From: Octopus vulgaris
Taxonomy: Eukaryota
Assembly: GCA_951406725.2 (NCBI GenBank)
Contig: OX597833.1
Span: forward strand, 34,534,001 to 34,598,000
DNA length: 64,000 nt
Reading direction: 5' to 3'
The position numbers were made by a program, and so were the translations under genes. Below the pieces are notes generated by a model that saw only the letters and a list, made by a program, of their open reading frames with translations, had not been told where the DNA came from and made no database searches. Below, piece by piece: positions 61,434 to 64,000 of the stretch (positions within the stretch are counted from its first letter, which is position 1; each line of letters begins with the position of its first letter).

Positions 61434-64000
61434 CATCATCATCATCATCATCATTTAGCGTCCGTTTTCCATGCTAGCATGGGTTGGACGGTTCTACTGG
61501 GGTCTGTGAAGCCAGAAGGCTTCATCAGGCCCAGTCAAATCTGGCAGTGTTTCTACGGCTGGATGCCCTTCCTAACGCCAACCACTCCGTGAGTGTAGTG
61601 GGTGCTTTTTACGTGCCACCCGCACTGGTGCCAGACAGAGCTGGCAAACGGCCACGAATGGATGGTGCTTTTTATGTGCCACCGGCACGAGGGCTAGGCG
61701 AGGCTGGCAACGGACACGAAACGGGGCGGTGCTGGCAACGGTCGCGAAACGGAAAGTTCTCTTACATGCCACCGGCACTGGTAACACATCTGCAATTTCC
61801 ATTGATCGATTTCCATTGATCGATTTCGATTCTGATCCTCACTTGCCTCAATGGGTCTTCACAAGCAGAGTTTCGACATGCCACCGGCACTGGTAGCACA
61901 TCCGCAATTTCCATTGATCGATTTCGATTCTGATCCTCACTTGCCTCAACACGTCTTCACAAGTAGAGTTTTGTGTCCCAAGAAGGGAAGGTATGCATAC
62001 GTAGGCTGGCTCCATCCCATGTAGAAGGCCACGGGTTGTGGACTCACTTGTCCTGCCGGGTCTTCTCGCGCACAGCACACTTCCAGAGGTCTCGGTCTCT
62101 AGTCATTTCCTCAGTGAGACCTAAAGTTCGAAGGTCGTGCTTCACCACCTCGTCCCAGGTTTTCCTGGGTCTGCCTCTTCCACAGGTTCCCTCAACCGCT
62201 AGGGTGTGGCACTTTTTCACACAACTATCTTCATCCATTCTCGCCACATGACCATACCAGCGCAAACGTCTCTCTTGCACACCACAACTGATGCTTCTTA
62301 GGTCCAGCTTTTCTCTCAAGGTACTTACACTCTGCCGAGTGTGAGTACCGGCATTACACATCCATCGGAGCATACTGGCTTCATTTCTAGCGAGCTTACG
62401 CATATCCTCAGCAGTCACGGCCCATGTTTCACTGCCATGTAGCATGGCTGTTCGTACACACGCATCATACAGTCTGCCTATCACTCTGTGCGAGAGGCCT
62501 TTTGTCACCAGCAGAGGTAAGAGCTCTCTGAACTTTGCCCAAGCTATTCTTACTCTAGCAGTTACACTTTCAGCACACCCGCCCCCGCTGCTGACTTGGT
62601 CACCTAGGTAACGGAAACTATCAACTATTTCTAGTTTTTCTCCCTGGAAAGTGACGGAAGTTGGTCTCAGAGCATTTTCAGTGTTTATTGTTCCTGAGCA
62701 TCTGCCACATACAAAAACCATCTTCCTAGTTAGCCTTCCTTTGACATTGCTGCATCTCTTATGTGTCCATAGCTTACACTTGGTGCATCTTATAGAGTTT
62801 CTACCTACACCTTTTCTACAAATCGAGCAGGGCCATCTACCTGAAGGTGTTTGTGATTTGTCTACCTTCCTACTGATTACGACTTTGGTTTTAGCTAGAT
62901 TGACTCTGAGGCCCTTCGATTCTAATCCTTGTTTCCACACCTGAAACTTCTCCTCCAGTTCTGATAGCGACTCAGCAATTAGAGCAAGGTCATCAGCATA
63001 GAGGAGCTCCCAAGGGCATCCTGTCTTGAATTCCTCCGTTATTGCCTGGAGGACTATGATAAATAGGAGGGGGCTGATAACTGAGCCTTGGTGGACCCCT
63101 ACCTCTACCCGGAATTCTTCACTGTACTCATTTCCAACCCTCACCCTACTAGCGGCGTCCCTATACATGGCCCGCACAGCTCTCACTAACCATTCATCTA
63201 TCCCTAGTTTTCTCATTGCCCACCAGATAAGGGATCGGGGGACCCTGTCGAAGGCTTTCTCCATGTCAACAAAAGCCAGGTACAGGGGCTTATCTTTGGC
63301 TAGGTATTTCTCCTGCAGCTGCCTTACCAGGAATATAGCATCAGTAGTACTTTTCCCTGGCACAAACCCAAACTGCATCTCATCTAAACTAACTCTCTCT
63401 CTAATTAGTTGGGCTATGACCCTCTCCGTAACCTTCATCACCTGGTCCAACAGCTTGATACCTCTGTAGTTATTTGTATCTAGGGCATCACCTTTACCTT
63501 TGTAGCAGTTGACTATTATACTGCTACACCAGTCATTGGGTATGACCCCTTTGTGTATCACCTGATTAACTATATGGGTGACTAGGCTATAGCCGACACT
63601 ACCAGACATTTTGAGCATCTCTGCAGTGATTCCTGATGGGCCTGGGGCTTTCCCTGTCTTCATGCTTCTAATTGCCTTAGCTACCACAGAACTATCAACT
63701 CGGATAGCTGGTCCCTCTGTTGGGTCAACATTCGGCAGACTCTCTTTATCCCATTCATTTTCTTCATTCAGCAACCTTTCATAGTGGCATCTCCAAACCT
63801 CTCTCTTTGCATCCTCATTTAGCGCAAGTGAACCATCTTCCATGCGAACACACTTCTCTCCTACCACATCACGATTCTCTCTCACACACTGTCTTGCAAC
63901 ACGAAACACCTCCAGTCTTTGGTCCTCACGGCGCAGAACATTGGCAAATTTTTTCTTATCTGCTTCCCCTCTGGCTAAATAAACCTGTCTCCTAGCTTCT
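61434..64000 (-). mobile_element. Young RTE-clade LINE, truncated by the window edge
   Basis: (CAT)n tail at 61434-61454; about 600-bp 3' UTR with internal repeats; uninterrupted ORF. Confidence 0.95.
62044..63999 (-). CDS. LINE ORF: reverse transcriptase with an embedded PHD-like finger (5' end outside the window)
   Basis: Motifs GKAPGPSGI, NYRGIKLL, QFGF, AFVDMEKAFDRV, GVHQGSVISPLLF, LLYADD, FRYLG, RLRWYGHV; the frame stays open upstream of 63909 to the edge (EARRQVYLARGEADKKKF...). Confidence 0.95.
   Translation of the reverse strand, partial: EARRQVYLARGEADKKKFANVLRREDQRLEVFRVARQCVRENRDVVGEKCVRMEDGSLALNEDAKREVWRCHYERLLNEENEWDKESLPNVDPTEGPAIRVDSSVVAKAIRSMKTGKAPGPSGITAEMLKMSGSVGYSLVTHIVNQVIHKGVIPNDWCSSIIVNCYKGKGDALDTNNYRGIKLLDQVMKVTERVIAQLIRERVSLDEMQFGFVPGKSTTDAIFLVRQLQEKYLAKDKPLYLAFVDMEKAFDRVPRSLIWWAMRKLGIDEWLVRAVRAMYRDAASRVRVGNEYSEEFRVEVGVHQGSVISPLLFIIVLQAITEEFKTGCPWELLYADDLALIAESLSELEEKFQVWKQGLESKGLRVNLAKTKVVISRKVDKSQTPSGRWPCSICRKGVGRNSIRCTKCKLWTHKRCSNVKGRLTRKMVFVCGRCSGTINTENALRPTSVTFQGEKLEIVDSFRYLGDQVSSGGGCAESVTARVRIAWAKFRELLPLLVTKGLSHRVIGRLYDACVRTAMLHGSETWAVTAEDMRKLARNEASMLRWMCNAGTHTRQSVSTLREKLDLRSISCGVQERRLRWYGHVARMDEDSCVKKCHTLAVEGTCGRGRPRKTWDEVVKHDLRTLGLTEEMTRDRDLWKCAVREKTRQDK

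Noticed and set aside
61600-61900. Repeat-and-spacer pattern resembling a CRISPR array
   Set aside because: It is the tandem array of a LINE 3' UTR; the spacers are related to each other.
62651-63995. Plus-strand ORFs of 91-147 aa
   Set aside because: Antisense shadows of the LINE ORF.

Overview
AT-rich, repeat-dense eukaryotic DNA; the repeat content suggests a cephalopod, most likely Octopus (inference). Two divergent spliced genes can be built by hand. (1) A minus-strand gene with two coding exons (14386-14062, 9938-9271) encodes about 330 aa consisting almost entirely of 12 tandem C2H2 zinc fingers. (2) A plus-strand URB2/Npa2-like ribosome-biogenesis gene has 18 phase-consistent GT-AG coding exons from 24501 to 59923 (856 codons) and continues beyond the window. 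The rest is mostly transposable elements: a young RTE-clade LINE whose open ORF runs off the right edge and carries a PHD-like C4HC3 finger within the RT region, many older RTE and CR1-group fragments, solo LTRs (two with 4-bp TSDs), a DD36E Tc1-type fossil, a mariner derivative made of two 5' ends, a piggyBac remnant plus TTAA MITEs, a hAT MITE, several SINE families and long (TA)n tracts. I see no prokaryotic system or CRISPR array. No searches were run; family calls rest on motifs read by eye and on recalled sequences.
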